From Octopus sinensis (lineage: Eukaryota): a stretch of DNA of 64,000 bases. This document shows, piece after piece, positions 24,930-38,399 of this stretch. The first letter of the stretch is position 1. The number at the start of each line of letters is the position of its first letter. Under the pieces are notes generated by a model. It was not told where the DNA came from. It ran no database searches and saw only the letters and a list, made by a program, of their open reading frames with translations. The translations under genes were made by a program, and so were the position numbers. The DNA lies in the NCBI RefSeq assembly GCF_006345805.1, contig NC_043003.1, positions 80,848,001 to 80,912,000 on the forward strand. The letters are read 5' to 3'.

Positions 24930-26850
24930 AACTAATGCTAATCGGGAAAGCAGTATGGGCGTCAGTGCCTACCTCTACAGCACGCCACATCACTCGGCAA
25001 AGATGAGAGGAGAGGAGAAAGAGCGTTGCGAAATGCCAATAGTGGGCCGCGGAAATTTGGATGTGATGACGGGGGAGAAATCAACTGGTTTGGCTGGTTT
25101 GCCTTATGAGTTTTACTTTTATATGCCATGCTTGTTTGGTGGCCTGTTGACAGATATCTAACTCAACTGGTAGCAGTACGGGAAAATCCCCAATTCTATG
25201 AGTCGAAGAGCGGTGGCACTGCCGAGAAAGGACCCAAACAGGGGATCAAATAGAAATTTTCCGGCTCGAAATTTTGCAGAGCGTAGACTTCAGAATTTTT
25301 GCCAAGGTATAACCAAATATTTAGGAACTTCTCGTCGAGGAACTGATTGATTATGCGCACACATATCCATCTACGAAAACATCCAACCCATGCGGTACAT
25401 CATAGACACTGTGAGTAGAGAAATTGACATGGGGGTGGGGACTGATCAGTATGTATCAATCTAAAGCCTTCCAGTGGGTCGATCACCAATAATTGGTTAC
25501 CGTTCTCACGGTGGTTTGTTTAGGTCCTTTTTCCTGTAGTTTGATCGCCGCAATATAAAGCGACATCAGCTCAGTAGTTCGACTGAATGGTTACCTATTG
25601 GAACTATTCACCATCATGCTCTCGGTCTGACAAGGGTGTCATCTCTATTACTTCTGTATGTACTTGCTCTAGTGCGGAAATCGGAGGCGTTGAGAGACAT
25701 TCCACACCAAGTAGGAAGTAGGAGAACCGTGTCAACATGTGTGTACGACGTCACCACATGGTCAGTACTGCTCTAAAAGAATACGTGGTAGGGGCAGGAG
25801 CAAGAGTTAACTGAGAAAAGAGAAGCAGGTCTATACCGTGCAACAGCGTCGTGAGACGTTGAACGGCGGAAACGATTAAATTGTTTGGCGTGCGGTTTGG
25901 TCTGGATCTTCAGATGGAAAGAAATGGAACGAGGTGACGAGCAGTATAGCCAATCTCACCCATAAATGGGCCGAGACGCAGCTGTCCCTGAATTGTCGAA
26001 CCGAGGAGGCGAACGCTTATATCGCATCGGTTATATATTACCACCTGACTGTCATGCTTTGCCTCCAATTTATGTCAGAGTAAACTGGAGTGCGCATGCT
26101 TTCGCTTTCAGTGGATGGGACTCTTTACACTGGTCAGGTTCCTCGTTTGCTGTCAACATCCGCTGAATGAAGGACTGGACATTCCGTACCCGCCTATACG
26201 CAGACACGCGTTGAGTCTAGGAAAGCTCCACTGCTTCATAGACGTTGAGCAGGTGTAGTTATCGTTTGTCAGACAGGATTTTACATAGCATATCTCTTTC
26301 ACTCAGTTGCAGTCCTGATTGAAGCAGTAGTCAGGGGCAGAGCACGTGGCATCTTGAGTGTCGTCAGGTGCTCAAGATCTTCTGGCAGACGTTCTCGGAA
26401 AGTCCCTAGGCGTCGACAAAATGAACTGGTCGGTCTATTACAGAGAACTTTCGGGCCAGAGACTATGGATAATTTCCTGGATAATTTCCGGATAAAATCT
26501 AGAGGGATGGAAGTGCCGTCAGCCGCTTTTGTATGACATGCTTGTAGGGCGGCGAAACCATTTTGCACGGTCCTATCCAGTGCCCGAGTATTGCTGTATT
26601 TTTGGTCTATGTCGACCGGATCCGGCTATTGGCAGAATCAATTGTGAAGATTATCCCAAGGTCATCATGTGGCCGGGATGCGAAAGCAGTATTTCTTTGT
26701 CTGGTGGTCTTAGCAAATGTGATTTTGTGGTGAAGTAAAATGAAAGGGATGAAAACAGTTACTTTCCTCTTTGACCGAGCCCTCATCAACTTTTTCAAGT
26801 AAATTTTAAAAAGGAATGTGAAGCGAGAGGGAAGTACTCTTTCTTCTAAC
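24930..26850 (+). mobile_element. Decayed Tx1-like LINE ORF2 (RT to C-terminus)
   Basis: GEKSTGLAGLPYEFY (ORF 24955), IPNSMSRRAVALPRKDPN, and further Tx1-type downstream blocks; many stops and frameshifts. Confidence 0.8.
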
Positions 26851-27094
26851 CTGTTCTGCCCCTTCAGTTTTCTGCTTACTACCTTATTTTCGAGCTCTCC
26901 TCTTATCATCCTGTTTAATTACCTCAGTTCTTTCCGTGTCCTTTCCAGCTTCATTCGTATTCTCTTCCCCCAGTTTGGATCTTTCTTTTCCTTCTCCTTC
27001 TTTTCTTTAACAGCCTTCTGCTTGTATCCTATTAGGTCAGCTACAAATTAGCAACAGCTATGATTAGCTAGTTTCTTTCACTAATGTTCTCTGT

Positions 27095-27302
<208 letters not shown>

Positions 27303-27303
<1 letters not shown>

Positions 27304-27560
27304 GTCGCCTTGAGACTCTATTACACGGTCAGTTGGGTATAGAGAATTCCACATTATCTTACACCAGTTATTTTCAATTACAGCATCTATTCTAGATTCT
27401 GTACAATTTGTCAGCTGCTTCGAGCCGCACTTTTTATAAACGCCAGTCACTTTTTAAGCTACCTTGCAATATTCCACAATAAATTCCTAAGAGACTTGCC
27501 TATTTTATCAGACAGCACATGAAAAATTGCTGGTTCCTGTCTCTTTTATTTTAACAAAAT
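27303..27560 (-). mobile_element. R4/Dong-like fragment ending at the (AAT)n tract
   Basis: ORF 27064-27450 gives DAVIENNWCKIMWNS.YPTDRVIE, matching the VIENE..KILWDF.IQTDRVIE block. Confidence 0.7.
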
Positions 27561-30500
27561 TTTCCTTTAACCTGTTTCCGTTATACAACTAACGGTCTAA
27601 AGACAATTGATCTCTTGGTAGAGTTTTTTTCCTGACAAAATCACTATTTAAAGTCCTTATTTCTCACTTATTCAACGTCTTATATTATTTTCTTTCTCAC
27701 GCATCCTAATCTTCTCCTATATATTTATCAATCATCTTTCTGGTTCCACATATAATATCGTTTTGTAACATATGCATCTAGTCATATACATTCAGAGCTG
27801 TGTGGGTTTGCGTTATGCAGTAGTAATTTATTTTACCTCGGTGCAGTCTGGCATAATTGTTTCATGAAAATGCACCAGTGTTTATTGTCAATAGTCTTCA
27901 TGGATGCCTATATATATATTACTGATACTTTCAAAAATGTTATCCACTTCATGATCTGATTTGCTCTTTTTAAATTTGAATCGTTTTTTTATCTCTTCAT
28001 TTATCTTCCAATTCTATTATCTTTTTTACATATTTAGAGTGGGGCCGACCTCACGAACATTTCCAGATATTAAAAAAAAATTTTTTTTCGATGAAAACAA
28101 AATATTATTTTCAAAGCAGAAACCTGGTCTGAATGTTTGCAAAAGTTTACACTCTGCTACAGAGACGCATGAACATGGTGGTGTTTTGAAGTTCGTTGAC
28201 TAATTTCTGTTCTTCCATCCACAGTAATGACCATCGAAACATGTTTAAAGTCCCAGATTGTATTTAATTCACTTTTTGTAGTGCACGTGTACTACCCCAA
28301 ATGTCGTGTATTAGGATTGAACACAGAATGATGTTTCATTAATCAGAGAACGTCTCAGCAACACATCATAAATTACGAACAAATATCTATACTCTTCTAT
28401 TCCTCAACGAATTTATTCTTTCTAGTTCGACTTTGTACTTATCTTTATACCAAAATTTATAGTTAGCTTTTCCGTATTATAACCTAGATAATTTTATTCA
28501 CTACTAAAATATATCTGATTGCCACCGTTAAAGAAATATTTTGATAAGGTCTTCCATTTATCATTTCCATCTTCTTTTCCACCAAGTTTCTTTTACTTAC
28601 ACATGTAGTGTTTTTTTTCTCTTATCCACTAAGCTAGTTTTTGTATTTAATGGCTCTCAATCCTAATCCATCAAACCTGTTATCATATGTATCTATCTGC
28701 GATCATCCCATTTTTTTAAATTCAGAAACTGAGCATTCGCAGCCGTATCACCCAATAATCTATTCTATTCCAGGAAGGATCAGTGTGATAGCAGGAAGAT
28801 TGTACAGTGATTTTGTTTTTCTGAAAGAATATAACAATCATCCATGGGCACTTTCTGTACATTTTGGAAATAGGAGCAGGAAGTTTGAAACAAAATTTAA
28901 TCAACTAAAGCCACGACAAGTGCACTGTGGCTTTGCTAAATCTAGAGATAGATTAAATTTATTATTCACCTAATTTATTATTAACCGAATTTCAATTATG
29001 TTTCTTGGGTGAATCCAAATTCATAGTTGATTATACATATCTATGGTACCATCCAGAACGACTAAACTATAGACTGCACGGCACCCTGCAATAAATGCTG
29101 AAATAAAAAAAAGAAGCATATTCGATTTCTGCCTTTAAGAATTTCAAAGGTATTTGGAATACTCATCAAAAAACACCTGAAAATCCCACCAAATATATGG
29201 AATGGAATAGTTACTTTTGAGACGGAAAAAACTACTCGCAATCGACTGAGATTTTTATATTAAAGCAACCCTGCCAATTGACCTGCGATATTGAGATACA
29301 TGCTCATGAAGATGTACCTCATAATTTTGATGTGAGAAATACAAGGGGGACTGACCGATACATCTTTGGTTCTTTGTTCTTTTGTATCACAACAAAGGCC
29401 TCTTATTTAATGCGGGAGTTATCGAGAGATAATATGCAGTCGGAAGAGAATAGACATTTCATAACATAGTGACAAGATTTGACACATAAAGGCCTAAACA
29501 TGAGTCAAAGCAACTAAATATTTAAGTGTAAAGACACAGTACATTCAAAAAATCAGAGACCCATAGCATGTCTTCTTGTAACCTGGAGAATCATACTTCT
29601 TGTGCAACTGCTTTAATGCAGCATATAGATGTAAGGGTAAAATAAAGTGCAACAAAAGCATAACCAAAGACTGAAGGAGAAAGGTTAGGGTTGCTATGGT
29701 ATGGAAGGACATCCAGGTTTTAACGGTACTGTTCTTACACAAATTATAAAATCACTAGCTCTGAATAAGTCAACAGCAGTCATATCAGATACAGAAGAAA
29801 TAAAGAAACAAATCAACAGTGAATGGCAAACAATTTTACAGGCACAGATAAAGGGGGGTGGATTATATACCGTAAACCAATTGCCATTACAGAAGGAATA
29901 TTCCAAAGTATATATTCCCTTTCTTCTTTCACTGTCAGGCGTTGACATGTTAAATAGGGCTAGAATTAGATGCAAATGCTGCAGAAAAAAACAGGCACTT
30001 CTGTTTGTACGTTGCAGTTGTTAATCAACTGGATGCACAACTTCAGGGAGTGTATAGATTTGTCAGAGTCTATGATACAAAACCGAAATTAGAAATAACT
30101 GCCAAGTAATAACTGAACAGAGGAAAATTAATTACTAAACACAATAGAATTTATTTAGGAATCAATAAATATATACAACAACAAAATGAACGAAAATATC
30201 AAAGGGGAAAAACCATAGGTGCGTTAGTTTAATACTTCAAAGAGTTAAATTAAAAAAAAAGTTGGGTAATCGGCTTCAGTAGTTTAACACTCCCAAAAGT
30301 ACGTTATGGATATGATATGGGGTTCAAAAAGAATTTGACAAGAAAACAATAATGACTGCATTCAAAATACATCTTCAAAACCTGATATTCAATGGTTCTG
30401 TATACCAGGAATATGGAGGATGAAGATGACTATCAAAACGGCATTTCCAATTACGCAACTAGTGTTAATGGTAACAACCATAACAGTAACAAGAACAAAA

Positions 30501-31142
30501 AACAGTAGCAACAACAACAAGATCCACATCAATGTGAAAATGCTAAACAAAATGTAATACGATGGTACAAGTAATACCACCATCACACACCACTAACAAT
30601 GCCATGTCATGAGCAGCAATAGTAACAACTACAACAGATAAAATAGAGAACGACCAATATATACACTTTCATCTTCAATAACGCCAATACTGTGGTTAGT
30701 AAGCCAATTACTAACAATTACTCCAATATGTGCCTGGTATAAGGGATTGGATAACTTACATTATGTCCCAGTATTTGAAGCATGATATTTTCATAACAGT
30801 GAAAGGGCAGCTTCTTTAAACATACTGCAGAACATCCAGGGAAGACGTGTAAAAAGACAATACTGTATTACGATTGAAGCTCAGGCAAATTCAGCGGGTA
30901 ACGCAGACCTGAGTTGAAAAGTACCTGAAATCAACCTGTTGCATTGAGACCTGCTTTGCATGCGGTAAATGGGTCGATATGTTTGGATTTAGATTACCGA
31001 CCAAGTTAGGGACCAGCTAGTATTCAGTAAACTCCAAATAACGATGATCTGCTAATGCCGAAGGAGTAAACATTTATGTGCTCGATGTACCACCAGATAT
31101 ATATATATATATATTTGCCGCCCGTTGACAGTCGACGTCCTA

Positions 31143-31370
31143 GTTATAGATGAGAAGACAACCATAATACATTTCCACAGACTGCAAAAAGAAAGACTTT
31201 CTGCTATAGAAAAAGGGCTATTGACGCAAACACAGCAAGAAAGCATATAAGCTATCCTAGAGTCGAAGAGCCAGCATAGTGGCATTCAACTACTAATCGT
31301 GGTTGAGAGCATACGGAAAAGGTATCATTGGATAGTGCATAACCATATAAGGGGTTTCTGTCCACAGTAA
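31143..31370 (+). mobile_element. Possible Gypsy/Ginger integrase zinc-binding remnant
   Basis: One frame with one stop: ILESKSQHSGIQLLIVVESIRKRYHWIVHNHIRGFCPQ resembles H.G...T...I..RY.W......C..CQ. No DDE core seen. Confidence 0.3.
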
Positions 31371-32146
31371 AATCTGGGAAGAAGAATCACATACTACCAT
31401 AACCCTACACATATAAACTCACAAATTGCTGCCAACGTCATTGCTATGAGGAACCGAAAGAGGAACATCAACAACAAAAACTGAGTATTATAAACGAAGG
31501 CAGTAAACACAGCAGCATGAAGAGGTGTGTCATTAGGTAAAAACACAGAACAGAAATTAACTCAACGGCAGCATCAGATGAAGCCAACGCTAAAAACCAG
31601 GGATGCAACATGACAACACTGAGAAACAATTTCTGCACCAGTCAACCAGAGTACAGACATGGAGAAAGAAACATTCATTTTTGCATGAACTTTCTTCTCT
31701 ACCACGATTTTCTGACTTCAAATATTCGTCGTGGGACCAAATCAAATCCGAAGACTCACCAGAAGAGATTGTTGTAAGGTATGTGTATTAGAAAATACGT
31801 GGTAAAATACCGATTCCCTACCAGAAAATCAATCATGTTGTACGAAGAGATACAGAACTCTACAAATAATCTCCCACCTTCCATTACCAAGACTAACTAA
31901 ATCAGCACACCACCAAAAATAAGAATACCTATCAGCACAACGTGAACACTCAAATACACACTTAATTCCTGCCATCAGCTTCACTGTTGCTAACAAAAAT
32001 AACTATACCAATAGACTACATGAAACAGAGTGTATTTTAAAACAAATTATAAAGGAAGAGGATTTCAAGAGACTCGAAAATAATTTTTCACAATCAAAAA
32101 CGCCTATCAATCTAACATAAGACTCACCCAGAAAGCCAAATATGAA

Positions 32147-32640
32147 ATACGAAGGTGATTCTGGAAATTTTAGTGACACGCTCTACATGCGTTGAAGTTT
32201 TGACAGTTAAATCTGTCCGAAATGCGCACACAGCCAGGAAACTATTTTCCACGCTCTCATTATAAGACCGAATATTATTCACATTTAGCTTTGTCAAACA
32301 TCTGTAGTCGGGGGTAGTGCAGACTTATGCATCAACGAACTCCATAGCAAAAAATGTTTCTTTTGACGGAGGTGGGTCAGGAGATTTCATCTTCATGGTA
32401 ATTATTGTGAAAAACTTTGTGAAGTGAACTGGACGCAAAGGACTGAAGAGAAACGCTTTCTTATTAAGTTAGGTTTATCAACTATACCAAGTTATATTTG
32501 GCATGAGTAATCTTCTACGGCCTTGCTCGCTTCATTGCAGAACAGGATTTTGTAGGAGGTGAGCAGGTATGGTCGCCTTTTCAGAGCTGCAGTGCTGGAA
32601 CAAGCATAAAAATACCGTCACAGCCCTTTGCTAGGTCAGC
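32147..32640 (+). mobile_element. Decayed mariner 5' fragment
   Basis: Starts TACGAAGGTGATTC (mariner-like TIR after TA), followed by a frameshifted N-terminal HTH-like sequence. Confidence 0.4.
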
Positions 32641-33400
32641 AATGCAGTCGCTGGATATATCATCTTGACGTCTCGCAGAAGGTTGGATAAGAGAGACGAC
32701 ATCATCGATGTAATTCTAGTCATCGATGAAAAAAGTGGGGATTTTCGAGGAGAACTCCCCATTAAGAGGTCATGCGTAATTTTCAGAAATCCATGTTTGC
32801 CAGTGATATCGAGGCACTATTTCTGGTTCAGGAGAAAGTTGAGGGCGTTGTCAGCCGCGAGTGCCCAAGATGCAAGAGCAGCGACGAGACCGTCTTCCAC
32901 TGACGTGTGGAGTTATGTCGAAGAGTTACTTTCACTAGTAAAACGGACCCGGATAGCGGTCGACACCAACGCAGACATCGCCTATACCCCAGCTTCCAAG
33001 ACTGCCGAGAAGGGCAGTCAGATTTCGTTTCTCTGGTGACTAAGGTAAAAGGGTATGTGTGTTTGACGAAATAATTTAAGATAGATACTTTTAATTTCGA
33101 CCAATCCCTTGTCAACGTTTTAAAGTTCCATTCGGAACCAGTGATGGTGAAGACGGCGGTCGTTTTCCTGTAAATCTGTAAAGCTTTGGGTGAGTATAAT
33201 GAGAAAAGTTCGAATGAACGGACTCTTTGAAGCACGTGCTTGTAGGCTAAAAAGTACGGAGAAGATAGGTACCCTTATCACGGCACTGCTGATTGGAATG
33301 GTAACTCGAAAACTGTGACTCTCCTTGGTCACTCCTCAGTCCTTTTCCCCACTACTGGGAAATTTTGTTTGCTATAATTTTCTAACTAATTGTTATTGTT
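32640..33400 (+). mobile_element. 3' end of a Tx1-like LINE
   Basis: RECPRCKSSDETVFH C-terminal zinc knuckle, followed by VWSYVEELLS and a T-rich 3' UTR. Confidence 0.75.
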
Positions 33401-33506
33401 TTATGGTTTGCACATATTTATATAAATCCCAACTGTATTTTGTATTGTGCTAAATGCATATATGTGCAACCCGGGTGGCTAAAAAAGAAAATATTAAATT
33501 ATTATT

Positions 33507-33551
33507 CTAGTAGTAGTAGTGGTGGTGGTGGAGGTGGTGGTGGTGGTAGTA

Positions 33552-33597
<46 letters not shown>

Positions 33598-33655
33598 AAG
33601 AAGAAGAAGAAGAAGAAGAAGAAGAAGAAGAATTGGTGGCGGTGGCGGTGGTGTA
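33507..33655. repeat. Compound (AGT/GGT/AAG)n tract
   Basis: Directly visible. Confidence 0.95.
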
Positions 33656-34480
33656 ACTTTCTATGGATTACATCCTTATGTCTAATAATAACGCCTGCAA
33701 AGTTTTTCCAGGATCTTCAGCAGTTTAAGTTAGACCTTATAAAATAATATTTAAATAAAAGCAAAACCATAAAATATTGTAAATGCCATATCAGATATTT
33801 CCAACAACTCTATTGGAGAGAATCGAAACTATATTATAAGAATAAAGTTGTTTGTTCGCCTTTGTTTTCCATTTGTGAGTGTCGTAAATGAATCCCTCCA
33901 TAATTAGTTATAATATTACAGCTTTTAAAAATACATAACGCGGATTAAATTGATCGAATCCTGTAACTAAAACGTGAATATGTCGATTTTGATTAGCGTG
34001 TGTTAGATAATAATATCTAATTTAATTTATTCAAATAATTTGTTAGGAACTGAAATTTTCGCCCCCTTCCTAACAAGAAAGAGAAAGAAGTAGCGTAAAT
34101 ATATTATTGGATATGGTATACAGTAAATACAAGTGGACTAGCAGTTTGTGAGTAATCCATAAAGTTTGTATGTATAATATTAGCAATGCGTCCTGTTGTA
34201 CATATTTCTGCCGCAGTAGATCGATTCGAGCAATGAACTTCTAATGTATAACTAGAAAATATGCAGGTCCAATGGAACTTCGCGCTTTTATTTTATCATT
34301 TATCTTTACCAGTCCAAGCTCTTATATCATTCAATCACACTCCCACAGATTAGTATGAACACATTTGTTGCACTATTTATTCAAGTCTCTGAGTATGTTA
34401 ATTTATTGGAATTAAAATATTGAAAAGAAGATGCCGTTCAGATTGTATTAGAGTCCGATAAGATAGAGACACGCCAATAC

Positions 34481-34484
<4 letters not shown>

Positions 34485-34527
<43 letters not shown>

Positions 34528-34700
34528 AAGAAAGAGAGAGAAGCAGGCAGACAGAGACAGAGACAAAGAAGGAGCGGCGGGGAAGCAAAGGAGAGGGAGC
34601 AAGAACGAGTAACGAGGAAGAGGGAGACAGAACACAGAGAGAGGAAGAATGTGAGATTAGGAAGTGGAAAGGGAGAGAGACAAAGAAACAGAAAACAAGT
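34485..34700. repeat. (GA)n and purine-rich tract
   Basis: Directly visible. Confidence 0.9.
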
Positions 34701-36334
34701 AAAAGTTAGTGAGAGAGGGATGGAGAGATTATCAAATATATACGAAGTGTTTTTGGCGGCCATAAATTTCTTTATAAGGAATGTTTAAAATCAAAATTGC
34801 TGTATTTTCTCCTGAATCAGTGTTTAATGTTCATGCTTTACTCGTCCGTTCTTCATTCTTTTTTTTTCTTAGTCTCTACTTCATTTTTCTTGGTCAGTTG
34901 ATATGCCATGTTGTTATAACACTAGGGTCAACATGGTCTTTTAATCCGTCAAGATTTAATCAAATATTTACTCGTTTGGGATTGGAATTAATTTAATTTA
35001 CTAGGTCCTGCATAAATAAATGGGCGTTGTTGTGTGCCATTACGCAACTTCATTTTATTCCTTATCATCATCATCAACATCCTTCTCTTCCCCACCACCA
35101 CCACCACCACCGTTTCTGTTGCTAGTTGTGCAGTTGCGTACATCGTGCAGAATGAAATTATCTAGAAGTTTATCTGCTTACTTCTCAGGCATTTCATTGC
35201 GTAAAAGTACAATTTTCTTTATTTGTACTAACTCGAAATCTTTTTTTCACTGTTGATTCACTGCCGTGACAGCTTTCTTTATTAGTTTCCAAAAGTGTTA
35301 CTTTATGGCAATGACGATAAGCATAAACATGTTCGCTGTCTCTTCCTTTAAAAATTCTCCTCTCATCAAGATTGCTTTGTCCCATAACTATACTGAATTC
35401 TTCAATAAAACATAGCTGATGTTCATGTCACCTGCCTTCAGTTCTTATTGTCCAATATTTTTCTATCTTTGCTATTTTCTTTCTAATTAGTTAAAAAAAA
35501 AAAAAGAAAGTAGTTGTAAATTCTAAGGAATGAGCTTGGAAAGTTTGCATGTCGCAAGGAGAGGAGGAACCTAAAGTTCAGGGACTCCGTTTGAGAAAAG
35601 CAAAACTGAATTTCAACTAATTTAATTCATCTCTTTCTTTCTGTCTCTCCTAGCAGCTTGTCTCTCTATCCCCCCTCTCTCTGTCCCAATGTCGTTTTCT
35701 CTCTCTCCTCCTCTCTCTCTGTTCATCAGCCTTCTCTCTCCCTCTTATTCTCTGTTTGTATGGTTATCTCTTTCACAGTCTGAGTCAGTCTCGAAATGTC
35801 ACATGTTTTTCTTCTACATGACACAACCAGATTAGCAACACTGTTTACCATTAGTTTCTCAATGTGTGTGTGTGTGAGTGTGTGTACATGTGTATGTGTG
35901 AGCGTGCGTGTGTGTGAGTGCGGATGTGCGTGCGGGCAACTGGAAACAAGTTACATTATACACTTGTTATTCATATCTTTCAACATATTCTGGATTATGG
36001 ATAAATTCAGTCTTTACCCTGCGGTACATAGCAGGATCTACTTTCATTTTCTGCAGTTATTATTATCTCTTATGTGTATAATTTCTGATTCACCAGTTCG
36101 CGATCTAGTTGCACAAAGGTAAATAAGCTTTTATGCCATTGATTCTTCAGTAATATTCATCATATTCTTGTCATCATGATTGTTTTCTTTCTCACCGGTA
36201 TTCCCAACAATCAAGTTTTAATTTCATGTTGAATTCTTTGGAAATAATATGCATGGCTTTCTTTTCACCATATTGTATGACTTCAAAGCACAATTTATAT
36301 AGAAAACGTGTAACCACTTTACAAATTTTTACAC

Positions 36335-36530
36335 AAGGCCTGACATTTCGTGGGAGGGAATAAGTTGGTTACATCGAAGCCAGTACTTAACTGGTACTTA
36401 TTTTACCGACCCGGAAAAGATCAAAAGCAAAATCGATTCCAGCAGAATTAGAACTCAGAACGTGAAAACAAATAAAATTGTCGCTAAGCATTTTATCCGG
36501 TGTGTTAAAGATTCTACGAGCACGCTGCCT
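36335..36530 (-). mobile_element. SINE family A monomer
   Basis: AACTGGTACTTATTTTACCGACCC..GAACTCAGAACGT..GCTAAGCATTT. Confidence 0.8.
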
Positions 36531-37802
36531 TATCTACTCCTAACTATTAATAATCCTAAGTAGCAAATCCAGTCCATCGCCCGTTTTGACCTATTGATTC
36601 CTAGTGTTCCACCAAAGAATACATTTTTTCTGTCTATTAACCATTGCGGCAAGTTATTTGTCGCGGTTTGGTTTTTGCTTTTCTTATTTTGCTATTTAAG
36701 TAAAAACTGTAGAATAAGCGCCAATATTAAAAAAGAGATAAATTCTCAATGTTGTCGCAAACAAGTATTGCGCAACCATCAACTCGATAAGCCTTCACTA
36801 TAGCAAGACATGCAGTCAAGTAGTAGAAGATGACGTGCTACGTTGGTTTCCGATGACTTATATTCACATTGGATTTGATGATGAACATGATGGCGGGGCC
36901 ATAAATATTTTCCCTCTACTGTTACCATAGTTTTCGCTACAGAACCGTGAGCTGTTTGACTTTATTGTTTTCTTCATTATTTTCGTTTGTGTTTCTTTTC
37001 CTTAAACTTCCAAGTTCTTCCAAGTATTCAGCTCACGGGTTCATTTTACTCTGGCAATTGTAAAAACTAAGCTTTCTTCCTTGTATTAATATTATTAATA
37101 TTATGCCCTGAGTCTACGCAGAGCACAGTATTTCTAATTATGATACTCGTGTTTCTTTGACATAAAATATATTTTCAAAAGGTTGCTGACAGTTTCAGCC
37201 TGTGATTCTATCTACCACAGATAGTGGTCGATGTTCTTCGTCCTGCAGTTGAGATAGAAAACTTAAATTTTGTCTTTCATCAGTGGAAGTATATACGCGC
37301 GTGCGCGCACACACATATTAGTGTGGGTCTGGAGAGATATATTATCCGGGCGGATAACGCTCTGAGTTATATTCCAGGTTACGGCTAATCATATCCAGTA
37401 GTATTTAATATCTGTATATATATATGAAGTTTCGAATGGAAAGAAATTGCTCTTTAACAGGGATGTATTATATCTAAGCGTACACCAGTTTATCTCCATT
37501 TCGATTAATGTACTTGGAATTCATTAATTTGTGTTAGTGTTAACAGCCATGAAGTTCCAGTAGTCGTCATATATGTGTTCATCCATTCAATATAAGAGAA
37601 CAAAACTTTAATTATATAATATAAAGAAAATTGAGGGCTTGAACATAGAAAAAATCGTTTTATTCATATAATAGTCAATTTCATATCGCCTACGTACGTT
37701 TCAATTTCTTACCTTAATTCATATTTTGCAATTGAGATTATGCATTTACAAGGTAAAAATCTCTTCAGGGCAAAATTTGACAAAGATTCATGTCCATCCA
37801 GG

Positions 37803-38203
37803 CGTAGGAGTGGCTGTGTGGTAAGTAGTTTGCTTACGAGCCACATGGTTCCGGGTTCAGTGCCACTGTGTGGCACCTTGGGCAAGTGTCTTCTGCTATA
37901 GCCTCGGGCCGACCAAAGCCTTGTGAGGGAATTTGGTTGAGGGGAACTGAAAGAAGCCCGTCGTATATATGTATATATATATATATGTATGTGTGTGTGC
38001 GCTTATGTGTCTGTGTTGTCCTCCCAACGTCGCTCGACAACCGATGCTGGTGTGTTTACGTCCCCGTAACTTAGCGGTTCAAGATAGAATAAGTATTAGG
38101 CTTACAAAGAATAAATCCTGCGATCGATTTGCTTGACTAAAAGCGGTGCTCCAGCATGGCCGCAGTTAAATGACTGAAAAAAGTAAAAGAGTAAAAGAGT
38201 AAA
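37803..38203 (+). mobile_element. Full-length SINE family B
   Basis: GGAGTGGCTGTGTGGTAAG (A box), GGGTTCAGTGCC (B box), GGCACCTTGGGCAAGTGTCTTCT (CORE-like), internal (TA)(TG), tail ending (GTAAAAGA)n. Confidence 0.9.
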
Positions 38204-38213
38204 AAATAGTATC

Positions 38214-38399
38214 CTAATGGCTGGAGAGTTGCTTACCAACTGAAATAGCAGCATGTGTCTTTGCATTTGTTTTTGTCGGCGTGTGTGTCGTTTGCATTCC
38301 TTTCTAAAAATAGGCATTTTTAGAAAGGAATCCCCCCCAAAATGACACAAACAAACACATGCTGCTATTTCAGTTGGTTAGCAGCTCTCCATCCATTAG
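38214..38399. repeat. Fold-back (MITE-like) element with a nested internal hairpin
   Basis: CTAATGGCTGGAGAGTTGCTTACCAACTGAAATAGCAGCATGTG is mirrored by CACATGCTGCTATTTCAGTTGGTTAGCAGCTCTCCATCCATTAG; inner hairpin TTCCTTTCTAAAAAT-AGGC-ATTTTTAGAAAGGAA. Confidence 0.85.

Noticed and set aside
29040-30110. Minus-strand class A GPCR pseudogene (ALFNM, CKIV, SSV..MTAV.L.R, IIC..PLK, LCY, PFHIF in order)
   Set aside because: Inter-motif spacings are off by 1-6 residues at almost every step; DRY, CWxP and NPxxY are absent; T-rich strands give hydrophobic text by default.
33315-33345. Minus-strand CTGAGGA plus a perfect GTGAC/GTCAC stem
   Set aside because: Not followed by GAAA; more likely a LINE 3' UTR stem-loop.
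37185-37250. Minus-strand GAAACTGTC hammerhead 3' half
   Set aside because: No matching 5' core or stem I.
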